A stretch of DNA of 63,020 bases, counting the filler, from Dugesia japonica (Eukaryota), in NCBI GenBank assembly GCA_001938525.1. It is 6 parts of 6 records of this genome, joined end to end, with 100 filler letters (N's around TTAATTAATTAA, not from the genome) between each part and the next. Parts side by side here need not be neighbours in the genome. Positions count along the whole stretch, not along the records: positions 25,733 to 34,293 come from MQRL01599483.1; positions 34,394 to 43,803 come from MQRL01636608.1; 4 more parts are not named here. One strand, 5' to 3'. This document shows, in pieces, positions 25,633-38,265 of this stretch (positions within the stretch are counted from its first letter, which is position 1; every line of letters starts with the position of its first letter). The notes beneath the pieces are model-generated. The model saw nothing but the letters and a program-made list of their open reading frames with translations, had not been told where the DNA came from and did not search any database. Made by a program: the position numbers and the translations under genes.

Positions 25633-26078
25633 NNNNNNNNNNNNNNNNNNNNNNNNNNNNNNNNNNNNNNNNNNNNTTAATTAATTAANNNNNNNNNNNN
25701 NNNNNNNNNNNNNNNNNNNNNNNNNNNNNNNNAAATAGTTCATCGTTATCATCTTTTTCCATATTCTAAAAGTGTCAGGGAGGGGATCAAGAATCTGCTA
25801 AATTGCATGACGTCATTTATGGATGGTTCTTTTCCAAATGAGATTATGGCTCTTATAGCATTTATAAATTATTTATAGATAAAACAATACACAGATTTGT
25901 TTAATGTAAATTATTGAGACTTCATTTTTACTGCTATGCTTTTTTCCTACATCTCAAAATTATGGTATTTCTCAATCACTAATTTCGATTAAATTCAATA
26001 TCTAGATATTGGCCATTCTCAACAAATTAACTTTAACTAGTATCTGTTTTTCTTGATGCTCTGTGTAACTATCTAAAC

Positions 26079-26401
26079 CAGTGTTTTCCAAAGTTGGCCA
26101 TAATAGCCTCGGATGCATTGAGGGCGCTGAATAAAAATATAGAAGTGGTCAAAGTATAAAGGAGGGAAGATTTAAAACACATTCGCACATTTTTCATTTT
26201 TAAAAAAATCATATTGTAGATTAGTAGCATATAATTTCATTTATGATGTAAGGATATAAAGAATAACTGCTAAAAACTAAATTTCAGGACGTATGTAGAA
26301 ATATAGATGCGTGTATCTTTTTGTTCATTTAAAAAAGGAATCGCAGAGTAATTTTTTTTCTAAAAATGGGGCGGTAGGTCAAATAAGTTTAAGAACAACT
26401 G
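26079..26401. mobile_element. hAT (Charlie-type) MITE
   Basis: Termini CAGTGTTTTCCAAA / TTTAAGAACAACTG, with an 8-bp TSD ATCTAAAC / ATCTAAGC. Confidence 0.8.
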
Positions 26402-28152
26402 ATCTAAGCTTTAATTTTAATGGCGAGAATAGTTTACATTTTATATTTAAATAAATTCTACTTTGAAAATTATGCACACTTTAAATGAAGAAAACTCAGA
26501 GAAATGAAGATTGCGGAATAAATATAAAATTATAGATTTTTCATGCTAATTTCAATAATTATATTTATATATAAATCTATTTATAACATGATAAATTGTT
26601 ATTTGTACATATTTGTTACTTAACCAAATTATTTAAATCAATAATTAAGTGGACAATTTTTAGAATTTTTCCTAGCGCATATTTTTATATCGAATAAATT
26701 TCTTTACAGAAATAATTTATTGAATTTACTTTCCTCGATTTTTGCATGGATATTTGTTGAGATTATTTTTCATTCAATGACGTTTTTACAAAAGGAATTA
26801 TTTCATTTTTTTACATTNNNNNNNNNNNNNNNNNNNNNNNNNNNNNNNNNNNNNNNNNNNNNNNNNNNNNNNNNNNNNNNNNNNNNATAAAATAATTCTG
26901 TATGCTCTTAATTTTTCAGTGTACATAAATTTATCTATCAAATTCTTTCAAATTGATTAATGCTTTTTTTTTTAAAAAAAGAGCGTCAAACATACACACG
27001 GCATATTCTTCTCCGAATCATAATTGACTTGTCTTCATTTCTCATTGTTATTATTATTATCATCATCAATGTGGCATAATTAGAGTTTTAATGCAATAAA
27101 TAATCAATACTGGTCTGGTGATTGCATGCAATCGGATTAACTAGCATCGTATTTTATATTCACAAAATTTTATCTATCGTCCCTAATATTTCACATTTTT
27201 TTCGAAAATAAAAGCAATACAGTAACTTAGTTAATTTTTTAAAATATTGGTTTTATTCCAACAAATACTAAAAAAATATGGGCTTGCTTTATTTTTCATT
27301 TGTTTTTTAGTAAGAACACGTTCGATTTTGATTTTTCTGTGATGATCATTTATCGGTTTGTAAACAACATTGTTAATTCAATATTTATCGATGAATCATA
27401 TTTCTGAAATTTATTGAGTTCTCGTAATCCGTTTAAGGTCAAATATGCATTTATTTCCTGTATGCACTCACTCATAATTTTTCAATGTTTAAACGATTGA
27501 AGTAGTTTTAAACAACATTGTTTGTAATGATTTTCTCATTTGTAATTTTTGTTTTGATTTTTCTAATTGGTAAATTCTTGATGTTCACTGATAATTTCTA
27601 GTAAAAAAAAATAATCAATGGCAGATGATAATTATTTATTTATATTTAAAAACCAATTGATAATTTATACACATGACGTAAAATTGGCAAATTTCTTTTT
27701 AATGTTAAATTAAAATTTCAAGAGGTTATTTTTATTATCGAATTATCTATCAATTATGTCATTTATCGAGTTGTTTCTATTTCAAAAAAAATGGATTTGT
27801 CTATAATAAATTAATTTCTTTATGAATTGATTGAAACGAAGCTGTTGTTTTATTCGATCGAGGCATTGTATTAAAATCTGCTTATTATAAATAAATATTA
27901 ATATCGTCTTATTGTTATATTCCATCAATTTCCGTTGTGTAGCCATTTTTAATGTAACCTGTGAATTCTCATCATTACCGGTCTTGTGTGATTAATTTAT
28001 TTAGCATCCTACATAAAGTAAAAATGTCACTAAAAATTGATACTAGTACATAAATCAATACAGTTACTGCAACAAACTAAGAAATTCTATTTTTATTTTA
28101 ATCTATTATCACCTTGAATTTTTACTGTTTAATCTGTGTTTGATAATTTTAG

Positions 28153-28380
28153 GAATATCGTAATTTAGCTTTGGGTCATAATACAAATGAAGTACGAATG
28201 GTATTCACACCATTTAATTGCGTTCAATGCGGTACTGATTTCACACCTCTATGGAAACGAGAACGGCCGGGTAGTAGTAAGGTTGTGTGTGAGTCTTGTT
28301 GTGGAGAGAATTATCGTCGAGCACTACAAAATGACTATCAAGATAAAATTCGACTCGTACTTAAAAAATATCAAGATCAG
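28153..28380 (+). CDS. GATAD2: p66/GATAD2-family NuRD subunit, exon encoding the CR2 GATA-like zinc finger
   Basis: Contains PFNCVQCGTDFTPLWK...VVCESC. Acceptor ttttag| and donor CAG|gtaaat, phase 0/0. Upstream exons are not found in this contig. Confidence 0.88.
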
Positions 28381-29819
28381 GTAAATCAAATTTTTATTTT
28401 CAAAAAAAATGCAATTATTAAACTGTTCTAATTGCTATTGATTTCATATTAAACATTTAAAATTTTTTTTATTTATTGTTAATTTATATTAATTTTTCGT
28501 CAATTCTAACTATTGAATTATGTTTATGTTTTTTTTCAATTTTTTTGATCCTTGAAAATTATTGCAAAATTAAATAAAAATTTTTAAAATGAAAAATTCT
28601 ATTTATAAGCATTACTTTTCTTTTGTTTATCATTGTTATCAATTTATTTGTAAGAATAGTGAAATTCAGGTTTATAGTAATTGAATTACATGTTTGATAA
28701 ATCTGTTGATNNNNNNNNNNNNNNNNNNNNNNNNNNNNNNNNNNNNNNNNNNNNNNNNNNNNNNNNNNNNNNNNNNNNNNNNNNNNNNNNNNNNNNNNNN
28801 TTTGCTTAGTTTATATTAATTCTTATTCGAGAAATTTCAATAAATCATACGAAGTTTACAATTCATTTCAAATATCTGAATACTAAAATTTGTTGCTGAT
28901 TATAAAAAAAATATTAAGATAATCACTTTGTTTTTTTCTGATTTTGTTATTTTAAAAAAACTAATTTGATAACAATTAAACACGAATTTTGATAAATCAC
29001 TACACCGTAACGATGTAAAGAAAAAAAAAATTCACATAATGCTTAATTTTTATTTATTTTTTGAAATATTCTGTATTTTTAAATAGTTAACATTGTTCAA
29101 ATTTGGAAAAAACCATATTGTGGATTTTATTTGTCGTATTATAACATCTGATCAATAATTTATGAGACAAATGTCGATAAATATATTTGTTATTCAAATA
29201 TCATATCCTAATTGTAACCAACCAAATTGCAGTCTAAATTGTTTTACAAAAGATTTTACGATGATTTTTATACTAAATAAATTAACTTTTATCAATGGAA
29301 ACAAAACTGTTTTCAATAGAAATTCGATTCATTATATTAATCGCGTAGTTTTCTTACTGTGGAATTATTTTACAAATTAGACAAAACTAACAAATTTTGT
29401 CAACAAATAGTAGTATGTAAAAAAACGATGGCAAATGTTTAATAAAAAATAAATAAAACTTTGTTATTTTTTTACGACGGATCAACCGTCATCTTCTGAA
29501 AAAAATGAGTTTATTCTTTCAATATTATTTAAAGAAATATTAATGCAATTTTACTGAATATAAGATGGCTATAAATTTTTAATATTCTAATCAAAAAAAA
29601 AATTTTCGATAATAATATTTTATTGAAATTACTATTTTAAACCTATAAAAATCAAAAAAAAATTCAAATTCTCATAACTAAATCCATTACAAAGGTTTTA
29701 TTAAGAATAAGCATTTTTGGAATCTGCATTTTTGACAACGCGATAAAAGTTTATTTATTGATTCCAATTTGAAAAAAATCTAGATTTCTAGAGTCAATTG
29801 AATATTCAAATACCTTTTT

Positions 29820-30510
29820 GATATTGCATTGATTTTTGAACATTTTACCCTCCAAGAAGTGAACAAGATGTTTCACGAAATTTAAATCTATGGGAGCCAG
29901 GTCCNNNNNNNNNNNNNNNNNNNNNNNNNNNNNNNNNNNNNNNNNNNNNNNNNNNNNNNNNNNNNNNNNNNNNNNNNNNNNNNNNNNNNNNNNNNNNNAA
30001 AAAAAGTGAATAACTCCCGTGGTTATTAAGCATAGACTTCTTCGAGTGGAGATTCATTTTTGGGCAGTGTTTAAGGGACTCATCAACTGATAATTATTGT
30101 GTAGAACTTTTGCGGTCATTATAAATAATCTACTTTTCATCACAAGTTATGACGCGTTTTTGTTACTTATAATCTCCTTTTCAGGTCGATTTCTGTAAGA
30201 TCATAAAACATCTATTTATCCAGTTTCTTGACTTTGTCGATCAGCTTCGAAGGCAGTTGATTGTGAAACATGTATTTTTGCTGCTATCTCTGACACGCTT
30301 TTCCTTGAATCTTTCAGAACTATTGAGAGCAAAAGGTCACCTGGTTCTTTCTTTATCTTTAAGAGACAAATTTCCACTTGGAAATTTCTGAAATAATCTT
30401 TCCACGTTACGCTGAGCTGCAATACCATCTTCCTAAGCTTTGTTTACGTTTTCTGTTGCATTCGTAAAGTAAAATGGTACGAAAAGCGATTATATCCACT
30501 GATAACCAAA
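29820..30510 (-). mobile_element. mariner transposase remnant in a p66 intron
   Basis: VERLFQKFPSGNLSLKDKER (HTH), ITCDEK, PKMNLHSKKSML and PDLAPID. Confidence 0.8.
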
Positions 30511-31743
30511 AAATAATATAATTTCCTTGAAAATTATAAACCAGTAACTGAAAATCTCCCACAAAAGGATTTTCTTAATTTTTATTGATAATTCAGAAAT
30601 ACGTGATAATAAAAACAATTAAATTAAATAATAAATTTTTGGCATCAGTAATTTTCAATTATGAAGCTAATTATTTTATAACTACAATTATTTTCTATTA
30701 ATTTATTGTTTGTTACTGTTGATATTTTCTTGATCAGTGTTTAATTATAAATATTTTAAGAAAACTCACTTCAGTGTCTTGCGAAAAACACTCAACNTAA
30801 CTCAAAAAGTTGTTAATATTTTCAATAAAGANGTTGTGACCTTCCATTGTAGTAGGAATCACAACATCATCAGTAAATCGACTAAAAGTAGGATTACTGG
30901 ATTTAAAGGTAGATTTCGAGTTGGGAGTATCTCTAGAGTTTTTATTACTAAATTTAAAAATTTTATATTAAACTCTTGATATGATGGCATTAAAGATGCC
31001 AATTTNNNNNNNNNNNNNNNNNNNNNNNNNNNNNNNNNNNNNNNNNNNNNNNNNNTATTTTCTTGATCAGTGTTTAATTATAAATATTTTAAGAAAACTC
31101 ACTTCAGTGTCTTGCGAAAAACACTCAACATAACTCAAAAAGTTGTTAATATTTTCAATAAAGAGGTTGTGACCTTCCATTGTAGTAGGAATCACAACAT
31201 CATCAGTAAATCGACTAAAAGTAGGATTACTGGATTTAAAGGTAGATTTCGAGTTGGGAGTATCTCTAGAGTTTTTATTACTAAATTTAAAAATTTTATA
31301 TTAAACTCTTGATATGATGGCATTAAAGATGCCAATTTNTTAAGAGAATTTAAACATAAATTGAAGCTGCTCTCGTTACTGAAAGCATTAAGAATTTCTT
31401 CCATCTGCAAAAGCAGATTGCTTAAATTGTTTTCTAAGTTATTAAAAATATTAAGTATAGTATTTTTAAAGAAAACGTATCTCTCATTGAAAACCCTAAG
31501 TGAATTTACATCAAAATCTAGGGTAGAGAGACGTGGGATAAAAAATTTCTTTTTACTTTCACTAAATTTAATAATCATTTCTGTAAGCGCAATCATACGT
31601 TTGTCCACCCCTAACATTGGGTTACTCTGCAATTTTTTTTTCAGTTTTGATTTCATATTAAGTATTTTTTCATTAATAAACACATTATTTTTTATTATTA
31701 TAATAATAATTATTATTAACTNATGTATTTATTTTCATCTTAG

Positions 31744-32176
31744 GAACGTGATTTGGATCGTGATTACAAAGATATGCTTGATAGTCCAAAGAAATTTGAA
31801 TTGTTTAGGAAAGAACAAGAAAAGAAATTGATGGCGATGAGTGCATCAAATACCCGTCCAAGTGCTGTAGCTTCACAACAAGGATCTCGTACATCTACAG
31901 GACATCATCATCAAACCCCAACCAGTACTGTTTCAGCAACACAATCGCAAGGTCGACCATCACATCGACCGTCAAATACAGTTTCATCTGTTAATAGTAC
32001 TGGTAGAACAGCTCCAACTACCGGTTCGCAGCAATATGGGCAGCCAATGCGTCATCAGAATACAGTAGCTAGTGGAATAAATGCTCCAGCAACTGCCCCA
32101 TCTCAGTTAACAGTTGACCAATTAGCATACATGCAAATGTTTCAAGCACTTAATCAGCTGGGTTCAAATACAAATT
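31744..32176 (+). CDS. GATAD2: p66/GATAD2 exon (coiled-coil end plus S/T/Q-rich region)
   Basis: Acceptor cttag| continues the frame (YQDQ|ERDLDRDY). Donor T|gtaagt is phase 1. Confidence 0.85.
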
Positions 32177-32548
32177 GTAAGTGAATTTGCGAATTATTTG
32201 ATAAAGAACATCATTGTATCCAATAAATTATGTATAAAATATTGCACTATTTTATCCATATATATATTTCGAATATATTTTCTATTTTACTATTTTGGAA
32301 TTTCGATTTTCTAACTTACAAAATTTTTATTTAAATTTTATTTAATTTTTAAAATTTTTGACACTTACAAAAGGATTTTCTTTTTGAGAAACAGTTTTTA
32401 TAACCGCCGAGTAAATTGGATGGTATATGTGAATGTCATATGTTTCAGGAGTATTGTAACTAAATATAAAAAATTATCGATGAAATAGCTTAATTATTTC
32501 ACAGAAAAATCCACTAAAATATTTCATTTATTTTATTATGTCTATTTA

Positions 32549-33740
32549 TTAGGTCTAGAAATAAATAATCCAAATTTTTTTATTATGTTATGTAATAAGT
32601 AATGCAATTGTTTTAATATTCCAATTAAAATCAAATAATAAAATCGCATTTAGTTTACCAAAGAATCAAACAGAAACTTCAAAAAATTTTAGTCGATCTC
32701 TGTTCTTCATGGGAACAAATAAGGTGCATATTCGACATTGTATTGTGTGTGAATTTCAGTAGGGGAAATGCAGCAAGAGTATGTAAATCCGTTTGTTCCG
32801 TTCTCGGCAAAGATGTAGTGTTGTATGATGTGTGCGCATTTTAGTTCAGGCGCTATAAAAGTGGGGATTTCAGGGTTACAGATAAACAACGTTCTGGTGC
32901 TACTAGAACATACATCAATCTAGAACAATTACTTTGATTATTCGACACAGACACAGGCGGAGCTTACAAAACAGTGGGAGTAACTAAGTGAACTATTTCT
33001 ATCAACCTACATGAAATGGGTATGATCCAAAAAGAAGGAAAATGGGTCCCGCATGAACTGACTCAATCTAATAAAAATCAACGAACGAGAATCTGTCTTT
33101 TTCTTCTCATTATACAGTGTAGAAAGTCGTTTATGTGGAAAATTATGAAGGGAAATGAGAAATGTATATAATATGATAATCCGAAATGTAGAAAGTCATG
33201 GGTAAATTCCGGAGAATTATCAACATTGGTCACACAGCCCAATTGTTTCTGAAAAAGGTTATGCTCTGCATCATGTGGGATATTAATGGCGTGCTGTATT
33301 ATAGTGAAACAGTTACTGCTGTTCGCAATATTTGGAGATGAAATCCTCATTAAATGAAAAATATAACGCCCTGTTAAATTGTTGCATGATAGCGCTAGGC
33401 CACATATTGCTTCAAAGACAAAGGGCACCATAATGAAACTTGGCTGGGAAATTTGGGAACACCACAAATTGTCCCAACTGATTTTCATTTGTTTCGATTG
33501 ATACAGCACGTTTTGTGTGATACAAACTTTCAATCAATGGTACCATTGAAAAATGGCGTGACAACTTTATCTCGTCTAAACATCTAGAATTTTTTCGAGT
33601 TTGAATTCATTAGCTACCTGTAAGATGGTTTGGAATTATCGATGACAACGGTGATTACTTTGATTAAAAAATTTGTGTCACTTTTTTATTAAATTTTTGA
33701 AGTTAGCTGAAAAGTTTTGATTATTTATTTGTAGACCTAA
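32549..33740 (+). mobile_element. Near full-length mariner element (degenerate transposase ~32709-33666) in a p66 intron
   Basis: TIRs TTAGGTCTA(G/C)AAATAAATAATC flanked by TA. Motifs KVHIRHCI, KWVPHELT and LLHDSARPH. Confidence 0.92.
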
Positions 33741-33832
33741 TAATACTTAAAATTAATAACAAAAAATTATTAATATTATTAATTTTATTATTATTTGTCC
33801 TGTGATTTTGTTAACATAATTGTCATAATCAG

Positions 33833-34113
33833 TGAATCAACAAGCCACACGTCAACAACAACAACTCATGCAACAAATTCTTCAAATGGCTTATATGAGT
33901 AGTGCAAGCACCCTTTTGGGTGGCTCTGCAAACAATGCAGCTGCAAATTCATTCGTACAATTTCTTAGCAATATGGCAGGTCTCCTCAATAACCCCACAA
34001 GTACTCCTGATACAACTGGTGCTAGTGGTAATAGCACTACGAATAACGCTCTTTTGAACTATTATCTATCAATGTTGCAACAACAACAGGCAACAGCAAA
34101 TTCTGACAAATGA
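33833..34113 (+). CDS. GATAD2: p66/GATAD2 terminal exon (Q-rich low complexity)
   Basis: Acceptor atcag|TG completes the phase-1 codon TTG. Frame is open to TGA at 34113. Confidence 0.8.
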
Positions 34114-34393
34114 TTCTTTTGGTAGCTCTTTATGGACCTCCCAATGACTCATGCGTATTTATTTGTGTACAAGTCTATTTGTTTTCTACAATATAAATTT
34201 TTATGACAATTTTTTCTTATTGTTTAAATAAGAAGTTTCTCACCTTTTTTGTATTGAGTACCACTTATCATTCCTTTTATTAACTTCAGTATTNNNNNNN
34301 NNNNNNNNNNNNNNNNNNNNNNNNNNNNNNNNNNNNNTTAATTAATTAANNNNNNNNNNNNNNNNNNNNNNNNNNNNNNNNNNNNNNNNNNNN

Positions 34394-37300
34394 AAAATTT
34401 TCAATATAATATTTTAAAATATCGATTTTATTTTTATGAAATATTTTACTTTACATAATAATTTCATAAAATAAATTAAAAATATCGATTTAATTTTATG
34501 ACATTTTATTTTACATGTATTTTAAACATAAATTTTAATATTATATATATAAAATTTAAAGAAAGATTTCTCAGATATTTAAATCTATGAATAATTCTTA
34601 CATCTCCCCTCTTTAAAATATTTTTTAATCTTTTCCACATTTATTTCAATCATCTTGTTTTCTGAACTCTTCAGTAGGTATCGTCTTTCATGAATCTGTT
34701 TGATCACCTCGTATGGATCTGTGTATCTTTCTTTCTCTTTTGATCTGTTTTCTACCTTGATTAATATAATAAACTTGAAAATGTCTCTTTTTTGGTGTCA
34801 TCTCTCCGGATTGTTCATCATTTTCTCCATTATTGAACCATCTTTCTCTATAAACTTTCTTACCGAATATCACCTCTGCTAAACTTATTTCCAAAGTCTT
34901 CTGGCTTGTTGCATTTAGTGTATATTAATTTTCTGGTATTAACACTGCCAAATTTTTATTCTTATTCTCTTTTAAAGTTGCATTGATGTAATCTCTGATT
35001 GTTCTGAATTGCCGCTCTACTTTTCCATTTGTATTATGATGATATGGACTTGAAAAGTAAATTGTTATATTAATTGAATCTGTCATCTATTTGAAGGCTT
35101 TTGATTCGAAGATCTTCTTGCAATCTACAAGTATCTCTTTTGGAGCAACAAATCTCAGTATCCATAAATTATGCATTTCTATTACCATTTGAATTTTTCT
35201 TTCTGACGAGATCCATATTTTGCCGTCTTTTTTTTATTATAGCTTCTATTTACAAAACGTTTTACGAAACTTTTTACATGTTCCATTTTTTATATCATTC
35301 TTTATCTGTTCAATTTCTTCCAAGTTACTTTGCAATTTATATGTATCTAAGCCAGATATACCATTAAATGTTCTTCTCTTTATTTTCCCTTTCTTTGGAT
35401 TCTCACGATCTGTTAAGCATTGTACACGCATACCACAATTCATTCTCGACAGCATATCTACATTCGTGTGTCTCGAACCTTGTCTAAATTCCAATACCAT
35501 ATCTAGGCTACTAAGAAAATTCATCCAAGTCTGAAATAGCGGAGTAATTGGCTTGTTTGTCATTTTCATAAATGCTATCGTCTTGTGATCTGTTCTCACC
35601 AAAAATCTTTTTCCATACAAATAATGTTCAAAATGGTTACAAAAATAGTAAATAGCCAATAGTTCCTTTCTAGTTATATAATATCCTTTTTCATGAGCTG
35701 AAATTGCATGTGACCCTTATGCAATGACTTGTTCTACACCTCTTCCATCTATTTGCGATAAAACGGCTCCGATGGCATAAAAACCCGCATTTCTATCTAG
35801 TACAAACATCTTTTTGATATCGGTGCTTTTGTTAATGCCTCTTTCATCTCATTAAAAGCTTTATCATAATTTTCTGACCACAAAAGTTTTTTATTATTAC
35901 TTCTGTTAGATGAGTTTGGAATACTCATCGGATCATTAATATCAGAACTCGAATTCATTACAAGATTTTTATATAAACAAAAACTATACATATAAATTTG
36001 TTTTTTGCAAACAAATTTAAAATTTCATATTCAAAACGGAAAACATAAAATATCAGTATTTGCAAAACATTTTAAAATTTAACTAATTTCCAATTTTAAA
36101 AATACATTTTATATATTTATCCTATTTAACAAATATTTAACAAACTGATTCCAATAAATTCCGCCTCAAAATACAAAAAATTAAATCTGCTTTTAAAAGC
36201 TACCTTTCAACTTCTACATAGCTCTTTTAAGCTTCTAGCTTTCTTGGAGTAATTATTGATAAATCGTCTATAGTAATTGCATATTCCCAAAAAGCTTCTT
36301 AAGTTCTTCACACATTTGGGTCTTCCGAAATATTTTATCGCTTCAATTTTTGTTGAATCAGTTCAAACATGTCCTAAAAATTTGACTTTAATATAGAAAA
36401 ATGACTTCTAAATGACATTTTTCTCGATTAATTCTCAATCCTGATTCTTGAATTCTTTTAAAAACTTGGTCTAAAATCCTATAGTGCTGCTCTAAATTTT
36501 CTGGAAATATCAATATATCATCCATGTATACCTCTTAATATGTTTTCATTAATTTTTGTAACGTTCCAGGTGCTGTAGCTATACCAAAAGACATTCTTGT
36601 GAAACAATACTGTCCATTTTTTGTAGAAAATGCTGTTTTCTCCTGTGAATCTTTATTTAACGGAACTTGATAATATGCATTACCCAAATCCATAGCACTA
36701 AAATATCTTGTACCACTCAAATTGTCTAGTATTTCCTCTACATTGGATATCGGAAATGCCTGTCTTTTTGTAATTGAATTCAGTTTTCTAAAATCTAGAC
36801 ATAATCCTTCTTTTCTTTTTTCCAAACACATATTAACGGCGTGTTCCATTGCGAATTACACTTACTAATAATGCCATTATCAAACAAATTCTTGATAGTT
36901 TCATCGATCTTTTTCTCTAAATGCATTGGTTGTCTCCATGGTTTTGTGTTTATTGGTTCTCCATTTGTGATTATGTGATGTTCTGCTATTGTTGTTCTGC
37001 CGATATCCCAGTTGTCTGCCATGAATAATCCTTTATAAATCATTATAACTTTCTCCAAATTCTCGTTTGGCTTGTTAATCAATATTTTTATTGCTCTCTG
37101 TACTGTTTCTTCATCCGCTGTACTGCGTCCATACTTTGGTTCTATATTACAAAGATACATTTCAGTCTCCTCACATTTAATATCTCTCAGCAGTTGGAAT
37201 TCAAATTGTTTCTGTAATTCTATTCCTCCTATTAGATCTGGATGTATTTGTTTCACGACAATGAATTTAACTGTTTCGCTTTTATTCTCGAATTCCACTT

Positions 37301-37935
37301 CTATCTTTATCGTACCGATGATTTCAAGTGGACTATTATTGGTACATCTTAAATTGTCTTAACTTTTTAATATATTGACTTTTCTCAATCTTTCCAAAGT
37401 TCTCAAACCCATCACATTAACTCTTGCTCCAGTGTCTAACAAGCAATCAACTTTTACGTTTGTATTTCAACCGTTATACTTGGTCTACCTTGCATCTTGT
37501 CATAACTGATCTCTTTTTGCTTTATCTCTACCATTGTCAAAATTTAACTGTCATCATTTCCATTTATTTCATTGATCATCTCTGGTTGGCCTCTAATCAA
37601 TTCTTTCTTTACAAACTTGTAAACTTTTTCTTTTACAACATTGTACTCATCTACTCGTTTATCTGCGTTTCTTTTATTTATATAATTATTTATACTACTT
37701 TTATTATAATTAACAATACTGGATTTTTTGGGATACTTAATTCAACGCTTCGGCAATCTCAACTTTGGCCAGAGCTTGGCCATTTGAATATTCATCTTGA
37801 TAATTATTTGACCCTTCATTACAATAGTGATCTGTGTCTTCTCTACATGCACAATCCTTTTTATTTTCATCAATTAAATTAACGTGACTGTCATTCCTTC
37901 TTGTGTAATTATTCGTATTGTTCGAATAATATCTT
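34394..37935 (-). mobile_element. Ty3/Gypsy retrotransposon 2, 5'-truncated, degenerate
   Basis: Protease CLLDTGA (~37440); RT LCLDFRKLN, DLGNAYYQV, VYMDD (~36520); RNase H RKELLAIYY..RTDH; integrase SPYHH.TNGKVER. PPT AAAGAGGGGAGA precedes the 3' LTR starting TGT at 34602. An AT-rich insertion lies at ~35910-36185. Confidence 0.92.
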
Positions 37936-38210
37936 TGTTTGTTATTTCCGAATACTAAGGCCGAAATATTACAGCATAGAGAAAAAGGATACATGCATAA
38001 TGATGAAGGCGAAAGGTATAAACTTGAAGCAAACGGATATCCAACATCAAAGTTATCTGGAAGCATGTCTATGGAGAAGAATCGAAAAGTGTCAGACAAT
38101 CAAGCTTATAATCAATAAATCACTAGATATTTACAATAGAGAGCAAGAAACGCGCGTTATCATGTTTAGATGACAAGCGGTTTTGGAGTGAAAAGAATAA
38201 GAGTTTGACC
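37935..38210 (+). pseudogene. C-terminal fragment of a second protein-primed PolB (different Polinton family)
   Basis: LRPKYYS, KAKGI, I..KSLDIY and CLDDKRF (after a frameshift) are pPolB thumb-region motifs. Confidence 0.75.
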
Positions 38211-38265
38211 ATTATAAAATTATTATAATAATTATTATTATATAATAATATAATCATTATAAAAT

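Noticed and set aside
30723-31340. Apparent ~280-bp tandem duplication in the p66 intron
   Set aside because: Identical copies sit on either side of a 50-N gap, so this is likely an assembly artefact.
37737-38099. 120-aa minus-strand ORF as a single gene
   Set aside because: It is a chimera of the pPolB antisense strand and the Gypsy gag remnant.
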